Source: Antechinus flavipes (taxonomy: Eukaryota). Taken from it: DNA of 64,000 bases. The notes beneath the pieces were generated by a model that was not told the DNA's origin, did no database searches, and saw only the letters and a list, made by a program, of their open reading frames with translations. The position numbers were made by a program, and so were the translations under genes. The DNA lies in the NCBI RefSeq assembly GCF_016432865.1, contig NC_067404.1, positions 85,808,001-85,872,000 of the forward strand. Reading direction: 5' to 3'. Below are positions 23,091 to 35,915 of the stretch, in pieces (within the stretch, counting starts at the first letter, position 1; each line of letters begins with the position of its first letter).

Positions 23091-26000
23091 ACAACCATAT
23101 AAAGTCACAAAATAGGAGTGGAGAAAAAGAAAAAAATGAGCAATAAACAGAAATGAACCTTAACTATAGAAAGCCACTATGGTGAAAGGGAAGACTAAAA
23201 AAGCAATTCAGATTAGGACAAAATGCCCACAGGGGAAATCTCAGCGTGATATGAATTGGTCTCAAACCTAAAGAAGCTTCTTAGAAATGTTCATAAAAGA
23301 CTTTAAGAGACAAACAAGAGAGGTAGAAGAAAAATTGGGAAAATAAATGAGAGGTATGTAAAAGAGAGTCAGCACCTTGGAAAAGGAAGGACAAAAATTG
23401 ATTGTCCTTAAAAAATACAATTGATCAAATGCAAAAACAAATCCACTGAAGAAAGCAACACCTTGAAAAGTAGAATTAATCAAATGGAAGAACAATTACA
23501 AAAGCCAACTGAAGAAAATCACATATTTAAAAGTAGAAATGGACAAATCAAAGCTAATGACTCTATGAGACATTAAGAATCATTTAAACAAACTAAAAAA
23601 AGATGGGAAAATGGAAGAAAATATAAAACACCTTATAAAAAAACAAAACAAAACAAAACAGCCGACCTGGAATATAGATGCAGGAGAGACAATTTTAAAA
23701 TTCTTAGTCTACCTGAAGGCCAGGAAAAAAAAGAGACAGAGTCTAGATACCATTCTTCAAGAGATCCTTAAGGAAAACTCACCTAATATAGTAGCAGCCC
23801 AGGGCAAAATAGTTATTGTAAGTATCCATCTATCACATCTGGAAAGAGTTCCCAGAAAGAAGGCGCCCAGAAACATTGTTGCAAAATTCCGGAATGATAC
23901 TCTCAAGATAAAACTACCATAAGTTTCCAGAAAGGAAAACATCAGTTCAGGTATTGAGGAGCCACAATCAGGATTATCCAGGATCTGGCAGCTTTTACTG
24001 TAAAAGTAAAGGATGGGAAGCCCTGGGATACCATATTGCCAAAAGCAAAGGACCTTGGTTTACAACTACGAATCCACTGCCCAATGAGACTGACCATCAT
24101 CCTTCAGGGGTAGAGAGAGAGCTTCAATGAACAAAGGGACTTTGATTCATTCCTCTTGAAAAGATCAGAACTAAACAGAAAAATTGATCTCCAAACACAG
24201 GACTGAAGAGAAGCATAGAAAGATAAATAAGGAATATATATGTAATTATTAATATTAAATATATATGTATACTTATTACTATTATTTAATGGTTAAACTT
24301 TTTACATCCTAGATGGGAAAATGATACCTGTAACTCTTGAGATATGTATCTGTTATTAGAGCAGTTAGAGGGGACATACATGAAAAGAGGGTATGAATAT
24401 GAATGGACTCTGATGTGATGATATCAAAGAAAAAGACATTAAGGGGTAGAAAAAGGATTGTATTGGGAGGAGAGGAAAGGGTAGGTAAAATGGGGCAAAT
24501 TATATCACATGAAGTGGCACAAAAGATCTATTAAAATAGAGGGAAAGAGGGGATGAGTTTGAGCATTATCTGAAGCTTAATCTCATCAGTTTTAGCTCAT
24601 AGAAGGAATAAATATTAACTTACTTGGGTAAAGAAATTTTTCTTACCCTGTAAGGAAGTAGGAGGAGAAAGGGGAAAGAAAAGCGAGGGGTTGGATAAAA
24701 GGGAAGGCAGAGGGCAAGGTTGGTTAAAAACAAAATACTACTAAGGGCAAGGTTGGTTAAAAACAAAATACTACTAAAGAGGGACAGGGTGAAAAGAGAG
24801 AACAAAAATATATACAGGGAAGAAAATAAGATGCAGTGAAATACACAGATGGTAATCATAACTCTGAATGTGAATGGGACAACCTCGCCCATAAAACAGA
24901 AGGGAATAGCAGAGTGGATTAAGAAACAATCCTACAATATTGTGTTTTTAATTTTTTTTTTTTTAACAAGAAACATATTTGAAACAAAAAGACACATACA
25001 ACGAAAGGGTCAAAGGCTGGAGCAGAATTTTTTATGCTTCAGCTGAAGCAAAAAAAAAAAAAATCAGGAATAGTCATTCTGGTCTCAGAAAAAGCAAAAG
25101 TCAAAATAGATCTAATCAAAAGAAATAAGGAAGGAAGCTACATCTTGTTAAAGGGTACCATAGACAATGAAGTTGTATTGATGCTGAATGTGTATATCCA
25201 CCAAGTGGTAGAGCATCCAAATTCTTAAAGAAGAAGTTAAGCCACTTACAGGAAGAAATAGACAGCAAAACCATAGCTGGGCATCTTCAGCCTTCCCATC
25301 TTGGAATTAGATAAATCTAATCACAAAATAAACAAGAAAGAAACTAGGGAGGTTAATAGAATCCTAGAAAACTTAGATATGATAGACCTCTGGAAAAAAT
25401 TGAATAGGGACAGAAAGGAATACACCTTTTTCTCAACAGTATAGGGCATCTATACAACAAATTCTCCATATATTTGAGCATAAAAACCTCACAATCAAAT
25501 GCAAAAAGGCAGAAATAGTAAATGCTTCCTTTTCAGACCATGATGCAATAAAAATTATATTCAATTAAGGGCAAGACAAAGACTGGTAATCAGTTGGAAA
25601 TTAAATAAAGTAATTCTAAATAATGAGTGGGTCAAACAATAAATCATAAAATCATAAAAACAATAATTTCATCCAAGAGAATGATGGCAATGAGGCAACA
25701 TACCCAAACCTATGGGATGCAGTCAAAGCAGTTCTCAGGGGAAATTTTATCTCTAAATAGTTATATGAATAAAATAGAGAAAGAGGAGATCAATGAATTT
25801 CACATGCTAAACTAAAAAAGCTAAAAAAATAAAAAATTAAACCCTCATTAAATACCAAATAAGAAATTCTGAAATTCAAAGGAGAGATTAATAAAATTAA
25901 AACTAAGAAAACTATTGAACTAATTAATTAAACTAAGAGTTGGTTTTATGAAAAAAAAATAGACAAACCTTTGGTTAATTTGATCAGAAAAAGGAAAGGA

Positions 26001-26535
26001 AAAAACCAAATTACCAGAATCAAAAATGAAAAGGGTGAACTTAGCACCAATGAAGAAGAAATTAAAGCAATAACTAGGAACTATTTTGCCGAACTATATG
26101 CCAGGAAATCTGACAATCTAATTGAAATGGATGAATATTTACAAAAATAAGAAAAATAACTCCAGGGCCAGATGGATTTACAAGTGAATTCTACCAAACA
26201 TTTAAAGAACAATTAATTCCATTACTATGTAAACTATTTGAAAAAAATAGGTGAAGAAGGAAACTTGCCAAATTCCTTCTATGACACAAATATGGTATTG
26301 ATACCTAAACCAGGAAGAGCCAAAACAGATAAAAAAAATTACAGATCAATCTCTCTAATGAATATAGAAGCAAAAATTTAAAATAAAATATTAGCAAAGA
26401 GATTACAACAACTTATCAACAGGATAATACACTATGACCAAGTGGTATTTATACCAGGAATCCAGGACTGGTTCAGTATCAAGAAAACTATTGCCATAAT
26501 TTACCATATCAAAACAAAACAAACAGAAATCATAG

Positions 26536-27022
26536 TGATGCGGGAAAGCTTGCTTTCTAGATTCCCACCCTCTCCTAGTTAATAATGTAAATTGCCCTTT
26601 AACTCACAAATCCTGGTCCCTTTGAATTCCAATAGAAGATCTGACCTGTTCCCAGCCCCACCCAGATATGAGCCAACTTTGGGGCTACACCCGAAAGCCC
26701 CTCGAGCTAAGTCTCCTATTATAAAAAGGCCATGCTGGGAACCCCTCTTTGCAGAGATTCCAAACAAGGCTACCATGTGAGGACCCTCTGTCCACTGGAC
26801 CCTCTATCCAGTGCCCTCCTTATCTTTACCTTCACCTATACTTTAACTTTGCTTATCTAATAATAAACCTCTTTTATTAATCTAGCTCTCTGGGCCAATA
26901 AATGCTTTTATTGGGAACTCCCGCCGCTACTAGACCCCCCCTTGTGTTGAATCTGTACCCCAAACCTGCCACTAGACCTTAACCCTAATTTCATTTAGGT
27001 ACCCCAAAGCTAGACCTCAACA
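26536..27022 (+). mobile_element. Solo LTR with 4-bp TSD (ATAG), ERV1-like, inserted in L1 ORF2
   Basis: TGATG...CAACA termini, ATAG at 26532-26535 and 27023-27026, TATA-like tattataaaa at ~26717 and downstream AATAAA. The host L1 (aacagaaatcata...tcaatagatgcagaaaaagc) is continuous across it. Confidence 0.9.
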
Positions 27023-28281
27023 ATAGGACAACCTCAATAGATGCAGAAAAAGCTTTTGACAAAATACAGCACTTATCCCTATTAAAAACATTAGAGAACA
27101 CAGGAATAAAAGGAGTTTTCCTTAAACGTTTATTTAAAACCATCACCAAGCATTATTTGTAGTGGAGAAAAGCTGGATACATTCTCCGTAAGATCAGGGG
27201 GAAACAAGGATGCCCATTATCATCACTATTATTCAGTTTTGTACCAGAAATGTTGGCTTTAGCAATAAGAAAAGGAAAAGAAATGAAAGGAATTAGAATA
27301 GGCAATGAGGAAATATAACTATTTCTCTTTGCAGGTAATATGATGGCATACTTAGTCCTAGAGAATTATCCCAAAGCCTACTTGAAAGAACCCATTAACA
27401 AGAAATAGAGAAATTCCATGTAAAATTACTGCAGACAAAATAAAATACTTGGGGATCTACCTGCCAAGACAAACTCAGGAATTATATGAACACAATTACA
27501 AAATACTTCTCACAGAAATAAAATCAGATCTAAACAATTGGAAAAATAGCAATTGCTCACGAGTAGGCCAAGCTAATATAATAAAAATTTCAATTCTGCC
27601 TATACTGGTCTAGTTTTTCAATTGCCAATAAATTTTTTTATAGAGCTAGAAAAAATAACAATCAGATCCATCTGGATGAACAAAAGGTCAAGAATATCAA
27701 GGGAATTAATGAAAAAAATACAAAGGATAGGGGCCTACCAATTCTAGACCTAAAACTCTATTATAAAGCAGAAGTCATGAAAAACATATGGTACTGGCTA
27801 AGAAATAGCATGGTGGATCAGTGGAATAGTTTAGATACAGATGATGCAATAATCAATAATTATAGCAATCTAGTATTTGATAAACCCCCAAATTCCAGCT
27901 TTTGGAATAGGATGTCATTATTTGACAAAAATTGCTGGGAAAACTAGAAAATAATGTGTCAGAAACTTGGCATAGACCTACATCTTTCACCCCATACCAA
28001 AATAAGGTCAAAATGGGGACATGATTTGGGCATAAAGGGTGATACCATAAGCAAATTAGAAGAGCAAGGGATAATTTACCTATCAGACCTTTGGGAAAGG
28101 AAGGAACTGATGATCAAAGAAGAAATAGAGAACAATATGAAAGACAAAATGGACAACTTTGTGTTAAATTAAAAAGTTTTTGCACAAACAAAATCAACAC
28201 AGCCAAGATTAGAAGGGAAGCACAAAACTGGGAAATTTTTTTTTTTTTTTTTTTACAACCAGTGTTTCTGATAAAGGCCTC

Positions 28282-28803
28282 ATATGAAAGAAATTTCTTT
28301 CTTGCTTGCTTGCTTTCTTTCTTGCTTGCTTTCTTTTTCTTCCTTCCTTCCTTTTTTTTTAAGCAAAAAGTTAAATTGTTTAAATTATAATGAAAACAGT
28401 GGCATTATATATCCTAATTTAGAGATGTAATATTATATCAAAATATCAAGGATTCTTTTCTTTTCTTTTCTTTTAATTAAAGCTTTTTATTTTCAAAATA
28501 TATACATGGATAATTTTCACCTTACAAAACCTTGAGTTCTAATTTTTTCCTTCCTTTTCCCCCACCCCCTGCCATAGATAGCATGTTAATATATGTTAAA
28601 CATATGCAATTCTTCTATACATATTTCTACAAATATCATTCTGCACTAGAAAAATCAGATCAATAAGGAAAAAATGAGAAAGAAAAAAATGCAAGCAAAG
28701 AACAACAAAAAGAGTGAAAATACTATGTTGTGGTCCACATTCAGTTTCCACAGTCTTCTTTCTGGGTGCAGATGACTTTCTTCATCACAAGACCATTGGA
28801 ATT
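28282..28803 (-). mobile_element. 5'-truncated L1 3' end with a possible 3' transduction, inserted in the host L1
   Basis: Antisense L1 3'UTR at 28475-28803, two T-rich tails separated by ~115 bp of non-L1 AT-rich DNA, and aggcctc repeated at 28275-28281 and 28804-28810. Confidence 0.75.
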
Positions 28804-29390
28804 AGGCCTCGTTTCTAAAATATATAAAGTGTATCAAAATTATAAGAATTTAAGTCATTCCCAAATGGATAAATTGTCAAAGGACATGAACAAACAATTT
28901 TCAGATGAAGAAATTAAAGCTATCTATAGTCATATGAAAAAAATGCTCTACATCACTATTGATTAGAGAAATGGAAATAAATTAAAATATCTCTGAGGTA
29001 CCACTTCACACCTCTCAGATTGGCTAAGATGACAGGAGAAGATAATGATAAGTGTTGGAGGAGATGTGGGAAAATTGGGATATTAATGCATTGTTGGTGG
29101 AGTTGTGGAGAGTAATACCATTCTGGAGAGTAATATGGAACTATGCCCAAAGGGCTACACTGTGCATACCCTTTGATCCCATAGTGACATGTTTGGGTCT
29201 GTATCGCAAGGAAATCATAAAGGAGGAAAAAGGATCCACATGTGTAAAAATGTTTATAGCAGCTCTTTTTGTGGTGGTGAAAATTGGAAAATGAGTAGAT
29301 GCTCATCAGTTGGGAATGGCTGAATAAGTTGTGATATATGAAGATAATAGAATATTATTGTTCTATAAAAATTATGAACAAGCTAATTTA

Positions 29391-29877
29391 TTTACTTTTT
29401 TTCCAAGGGTCAATTCTTTTTTTTTTTTTTTTTTTAAATAACTTTTTATTTACAGAACCCATGGCAGGGTAATTTTTTACAACATTATCCCTTGCACTAA
29501 CTTCTGTTCCGATATTTCCCCTCCCTCTCTCCACCCCCTCCCCCAGATGGAAGGCAGTTCTATACATGTTAAATATGTCACAGTATATCCTAGATACAAT
29601 ATATGTGTGCAGAACCAAACAGTTCTCTTGTTGCACAGGGAGAATTGGATTCCAAAGATATAAATAACCCGGGAAGAAAAACAAAAATGCAAGCAGTTTA
29701 CATTCATTTGCCTGTGTTCTTTCTTTGGGTGTAGCTGCTTCTGTCCATCCTTGATAAATTGAAAGTGAGTTAGATCTCTTTGTCAAAGAAATCCACTTCC
29801 ATCAGAATACATCTTCATACAGTATCGTTGTTGAGGTATATAATGATCTTCTGGTTCTGCTCATTTCACTTAGCATC
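29391..29877 (-). mobile_element. Young 5'-truncated L1 (3'UTR only) with 17-bp TSD
   Basis: Poly-T followed by antisense dasyurid-type L1 3'UTR; atgaacaagctaattta at 29374-29390 and 29878-29894. Confidence 0.9.
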
Positions 29878-29894
29878 ATGAACAAGCTAATTTA

Positions 29895-32723
29895 AAAAAA
29901 TAAAAAAAATAATTATAACTTTTTATTTACAGAACCCATGCCTGGGTAATTTTTTACAACATTATCCCTTGAACTCACTTCTGTTCCGACTTTTCCCCTC
30001 CCTCCCTCCACCCCCTCCCCCAGATGGCAAGCAGTCCTATATATGTTAAATATGTCACAGTATATCCTAGATACAATATATGTGTGCAGGACCGAACAGT
30101 TCTCTAGTTGCACAGGAAGAATAGGATTCAGAAGGTAAAAAAAACCCAGGAAGAAAAACAAAAATGCAAACAGTTTACATTCATTTCCCAGTGTTCTTTC
30201 TTTGGGTGTAGTTGCTTCTGTCCATCATTGATCAATTGAAACTGAATTAGATCTTCTCTTTGTTGAAGAAATCCACTTCCATCAGAATACATCCTCATAC
30301 AGTATTGTTGTTGAAGTATATAATGATCTCCCGGTTCTGCTCATTTCACTCAGCATCAGTTCATGTAAGTCTCTCCAAGCCTCTCTGTATTCATCCTGCT
30401 GGTCATTCCTTACAGAACAATAATATTCCATAACATTCATATACCACAATTTACCCAACCATTCTCCAATTGATGGACATCCATTCATTTTCCAATTTCT
30501 AGCCACTACAAACAGGGCTGCCACAAACATTTTGGCACATGCAGGTCTCTTTCTCTTCTTTAGTATCTGTTTGGGGTATAAGCCCAGTAGTTGCAATGCT
30601 GGATCAAAGGGTATGCACAATTTGATAACTTTTTGGGCATAATTCCAGATTGTTCTCCAGAATGGTTGGATTCATTCACAACTCCACCAACAATGCATCA
30701 GTGTCCCAGTTTTCCCACATCCCCTCCAACATTCATCATTATTTTTTCCTGTCATTTTAGCCAATCTGACAGGTGTGTAGTGGTATCTCAGAGTTGTCTT
30801 AATTTGCATTTCTCTGATCAATAGTGATTTGGAACACTCTTTCATATGAGTGGAAATAGTTTCAATTTCATCATCTGAAAATTGTCTATTCATATCCTTT
30901 GACCATGTATCAATTGGAGAATGGCTTGATTTCTCATAAATTAGAATCAATTCTCTCTATATTTTGGAAATGAGGCCTTTATCAGAGCCTTTAACTGTGA
31001 AGATGTTTTCCCAGTTTGTTGCTTCCCTTCTAACCTTGTTTTCATTAGTTTTGTTTGTACAAAGGCTTTTTAATTTGATGTAATCAAAATTTTCTATTTT
31101 GTGATCAGTAATGGTCTCTAGTTCATCTTTGGTCACACATTCTTCCTCCTCCACAAGTCTGAGAGGTAAACTATCCTATGTTCCTCTAATTTATTTATGA
31201 TCTCGTTCTTTATGCCTAAATCATGGACCCATTTTGATCATATCTTGATATATGGTGTTAAGTGTGGGTCCATGCCTAATTTCTCCCATACTAATTTCCA
31301 GTTTTCCCAGCAGTTTTTGTCAAATAATGAATTCTTATCCCCAAAGTTAGGATCTTTGGGTTTGTCAAACACTAGATTGCTATAGTTGACTGTTTTGTCT
31401 TGTGAACCTAACCTATTCCACTGATCAACTAATCTATTTCTTAGCCAATACCTAATGGCTTTGGAGACTGCTGCTTTATAATATAGTTTTAGATCAGGTA
31501 CAGCTAGGCCACCTTCATTTGATTTTTTTCATTAATTCCCTTGAGATTGTCGACCTTTTGTTCTTCATGTAAATTTTGTTGTTATTTTTCTACGTCATTA
31601 AAATATTTTCTTGGAAGTCTGATTGGTATAGCACTAAATAAATAGATTAGTTTAGAGAGTACTATCATCTTTATTATATTCGCTCAGCCTATCCAAGAGC
31701 ATTTAATATTTTTCCAATTATTTAAATCTGACTTTATTTGTGTGGAAAGTTTTTTTGTAATTTTGCTCATACAATTCCTGACTTTCCTTTGGTAGATAAA
31801 TTCCCAAATATTTTATGCTATCAACAGTTATTTTGAATGGAATTTCTCTTTGTATCTCTTGCTGTTGGATTTTGTTGGTGATGTCTAAAAATGCTCAGGA
31901 TTTACATGGATTTATTTTGTATCCTGCAACTTTGCTAAAGTTATGAATTATTTCTAATAGCTTTTTAGTAGAATCTCTGGGGTTCTCTAAGTATACCATC
32001 ATATCATCTGCAAAGAGTGATAGTTTGGTTTCCTCATTACCTACTCTAATTCCTTTAATCTCTTTCTCTGCTCTTATTGCCGAGGCTAGCATTTCTAATA
32101 CAATATTGAATAATAATGGTGATAGTGGGCAACCTTGTTTCACTACTGATCTTACTGGGAAAGGTTCCAGTTTTTCCCCATTGCATATGATGCTTACTGA
32201 GGTTTTAAATATATGCTCCTGACTATTTTAAGGAAAAGTCCATTTATTCCTATGCTCTCAAGTGTTTTTATTAGGAACGGATGTTGGATTTTATCAAATG
32301 CTTTTTCTGCATCTATTGAGATGATCATATGGTTTTTGTTAATTTGGTTATTGATAGAGTCAATTATGCTAATAATTTTCCTAATATTGAACCAGCCCTG
32401 CATTCCTGGTATAAATCCTACTTGGTCATAGTGTATTATCCTGGGGATGATTTTCTGTAGTCTTTTTGCTAATATCTTATTTAAGATTTTAGCATCAATA
32501 TTCATTAGGGAGTTGGTCTATAATTTTCTTTCTCTATTTTCAACCTACCTGGTTTAGGTTTCATATCTGTTTCATAAAAGGAATTTGGTAGGACTCCTTC
32601 AATCCCTATTTTTTCAAATAGTTTATATAGCATTGTAGTTAATTGTTCTTTAAATGTTTGGTAGAATTCACATGTAAATCCATCTGGTCCTGGGGATTTT
32701 TTCTTAGGGAGTTGGTTAATAGC
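29895..32723 (-). mobile_element. Younger 5'-truncated L1 (~2.8 kb, RT to 3'UTR)
   Basis: Minus ORFs give clear L1 ORF2 pieces: [17 protein letters not shown]...[25 protein letters not shown]...[20 protein letters not shown]...YYCSVRND. Frameshifted; the TSD motif tgaacaagctaattt recurs at 32724-32738. Confidence 0.95.
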
Positions 32724-33124
32724 TGAACAAGCTAATTTTAGAAAGGCCTGGAAGGATTGACATGAATTGATGCTGAGTAAAACAAACAGAACCAGGAATA
32801 CATTTTGTACAAAGTAACAGTAAGATTGTTCAGTGATCATCTATGAAAAACTTTCTTCTTCTTAGTAGTTCAATGAACCAAGGCAATTCCAATAAACTTT
32901 GGATGGAAAATGCCATCTACATTCAGAGAGAGAACTATGGAGACTGAATGTAAATCAATACATGATATGTTCATTTTTTTCCTTTTTTTTTGTTTTTTTT
33001 CTCTCTCATGGTTCTGATTTTTTTCTGCCAAAATGATTCATAAGGAAATGTTTTTTTTTAAATGAATGTATGGGTATAACCAGAAAAAAAATAAAAAACA
33101 AAAAATAATAGTTGCTATGGTTTC

Positions 33125-34490
33125 TACTGTCTGACAACTCCAGGAGAAATGCCAGGAGCAAAACAGAGGTCTGTCCAGAACATTTGTATGACTGACCAAG
33201 GCCTTTGGCACTGTCAATCATGCGGGTTTATGGAAGATCATGGCAAAATTTGGTTGCTGAAAGAAGTTCATTGATATTCTATTCTACATCAATTCTATGA
33301 CAGCATATTTGCAGTTTCTTCATAGTAGGCAATGCTCTTGTGCTTTCCCAGGCACCAGTAGAGTGAAGCCAGGCTGTATGCTTGTTCCCATGATTTTTAA
33401 TATGACGTTTTTGGCAATGTTGCTGGATGCCTTTAACAGAGATGAGCATGGTGTCAAGATCAACTACCACATTGATGGTAAATTATTTCACTTGAAAAGA
33501 TTACAAGCCAAGACTAAAGCGGAGGGAGAGTTGAACTACTTTTTGTTTGCAGGAGATTTTGCAACCTCTCAGGTAGAAGTGCAATGTAGTATGCATCAGT
33601 TCTTTGCTGTTTGTACTAATTTTGTCCTAAGAACACTAAGAGATTCCCCACCAATCAGCCTCACACCATCTATATGTGAAACCATCAGTTATAGCAAATG
33701 GAGAAACATTGAATGCTTTAGATAAGTTCACTCACCTCAGCAGTATACTTTCTGGTGTTAAATGTGTACAGACACATAGGCAGTGAGGTTAGACGGAGCC
33801 TTCACTAAGGTTTACACCATGCCTAGCGTCCAAGAAAACCTTGTCCTGTTGAATAGAAAGAGTGAAGAGAGAGGCAGCTAGGTAAAGTTAGAAAAGATCT
33901 GAGTCAGTGTTTGGGAAGCTCTGAAGCAAAGTGTGGAAGAAAAGAGGTATTAGACTTCCTACCTGAAGATCTACCGAGTTGTTGTGCTGACCTCATTGCC
34001 ATATGTCTGTAAAATCTGTACCGTTATGGGACCCTGCCAGGAAACGAAACCGCTTCCATTTGAATTGTCTTAGGAAGGTTCTGAAGATCACCTGCTAGAC
34101 ACTGAGATCCTCTTTTTCTGAACTGCAAAGCGTCCAAACCCTGAAGCAGAGAGTGCAATTCCCACGGACTGGCTACATATCAAAATACCAAAGGTACATT
34201 TGTCTACAAGACAACTCATACAAAGCAAGTTCTTACATAAAAGTCAGAAAAAGTAATACAAGGACACTCTTAAGCTCTCTCCAAGGAGCTTCGGAACTGA
34301 TTGTGAGACATGGGAGACAGGACTGCCCAGCATGGCCTGCCCACACCAAAGAAGGTGCTGTGTTCTATGAGCAAAGCAGAATTGCAGTAGCACAAAAGAA
34401 CTGTGAAAATGCACAAATTCAGAGACACATACACTCCAAATGTTCACATGGACTATTTGTACCCAATCTGTGGTAGAGCTTTTTGAACTC
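33125..34490 (+). mobile_element. Decayed RTE-clade LINE (RT and C-terminal region)
   Basis: Translated remnants EKCQEQNRGL...LTKAF, VKPGCMLVPMIFNMTFLAMLLDAFNRDEHGVKINYHIDGKLFHLKRLQAKTK...FLFAGD match the marsupial RTE reverse transcriptase. Confidence 0.88.
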
Positions 34491-34499
34491 ATAGTCATA

Positions 34500-34770
34500 G
34501 TCAGACACACTTACCTCGACAACAGTGATGTCATTTTCTTCCTCTTCAAGCATGAAAGAACAACAACAACCAACCACAGCACGATGTATCCCAGCACAAT
34601 CGTATACCACAACTTGTTTAGCCATTCCCCAATGGATGGGCATCTCCTCAATTTTCAATTTTTTGCCACCTCAAAAAGAGCTGTAACTCTTTTTGTACAT
34701 ATAGGTCCTTTTCTTATTCTTTTGATCTTTTTGGGATACAGGCCAAATAGTGAGAATGATGGGTGAAAGT
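34500..34770 (-). mobile_element. Short antisense L1 ORF2 fragment
   Basis: ataccacaacttgtttagccattccccaatggatgggcatctcctcaatttt signature. Confidence 0.75.
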
Positions 34771-35701
34771 GTATTCTTTTAAAGCCTATCTTTTCAGTTT
34801 AGTATTTTTAAGACCTACCTTTTCAAGAGAGTGAGCAGGAACTCTGAAGAACAAGATGAAAGAATACTGACAGAGCAAGAAGATGGGCTGGTCACTTAGA
34901 AAGAGTGAGGGATGACAAGCAAATGGCCCCAGTCCTCTGTTGCTATTCTTCAATGTTGACAGAAGGCAAAGAAAACCTTTGGAGCCTTCCATGGCAATCT
35001 TTTGGAAGGGCAGAGACAAGATTTGACCAGGATGAATGGGTACTTGATCATTGGAGGGAATGCCTAAATAAATGGAGGGAATAACAAATCTACTGGCATA
35101 TCTAAGTATCTTGGTTTCAATTCCCAACCTAGATCAGATAAATTTGATCCAAAGAATTTCCCCCCATTTTACCAGTTCTTATTCTAATTATTAATCTCAT
35201 TTATGGAAAAAAATTTTAATATCATATAATAAAATGCTTATCTTTTAAAATGTCCTTTATACTTTCTTTGACTTATAATTCTCTTAGCTATAGTTGTGAA
35301 AGGTATCTTTGTCTGTTCCTGGCAATTTTCTTAATGGTATGACTTTTAAGTTATAGGTTAACTAGCCCTTTGAAGCTTATTGTAGCATATGCTGGTCTAA
35401 TCTTATTTTCTGCCAAACTGCCTAGCAATTACTCTGGAATAGGGACTCATTCCCCTAATGGTTTGTGTTCATTGAACAATAGGTGGGTCTATGTTTGATC
35501 ATTTCTTGGTATTGTGTGTATAGTCTATCTCATTGATATATTTTTCTATTTTTTAAAAATATCAAGCCATTTAAATGACTTCTTTGTAGTATAATTTGAG
35601 TTCTGTAACTGAACCTCTTTGCCTCTTCATGCTTTCATCATTCCCTTTGAAATTCTTTTTGCTTCTCCAAATATATTTTATTATTCCTGAATTCAATTCT
35701 A

Positions 35702-35915
35702 GGGGCAGCTAGATCTCACAGTGAATAGAACTGAAGAGCTGATTTCAAATCTTGTCTCAGATACTTACTATTTGTGTGATCCTGGGCAAGTCACTTAACT
35801 CTGTTTGCCTCATTTCCCTCATCTATAAAATGAACTGGAGAAGGAAATAACAAAGCACTATAGTATCTCTGCCAAGAAAACTTCAAATGGGGTCATGAAT
35901 GTCAGACATGACTGA
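35702..35915 (+). mobile_element. MAR1-type CORE-SINE
   Basis: ggggcagctag head, core tgtgtgatcctgggcaagtcacttaac and RTE-derived tail ctggagaaggaaat...gacatgactgaaaa. Confidence 0.85.

Larger units (their letters stand above)
17140..33100 (+). mobile_element. Near full-length, heavily decayed L1 with a hugely expanded 5'UTR and several nested insertions
   Basis: L1-like 5' end (17140-17470, similar in layout to the 5' end at 12921), tandem array, ORF1 remnants from ~23135 (MEENIKHLI..., PRNIVAKF), and ORF2 from ~24849 (MVIITLNVNG...IKQKGIAEWIKKQ, GIVILVSEKAKVKIDLIKR). RT and 3' ORF2 remnants run to 29390, and the 3'UTR resumes at 32724. Confidence 0.85.

Noticed and set aside
29913-32505. 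Intact, active L1 ORF2
   Set aside because: 5'-truncated and broken into several frames by stops and frameshifts.
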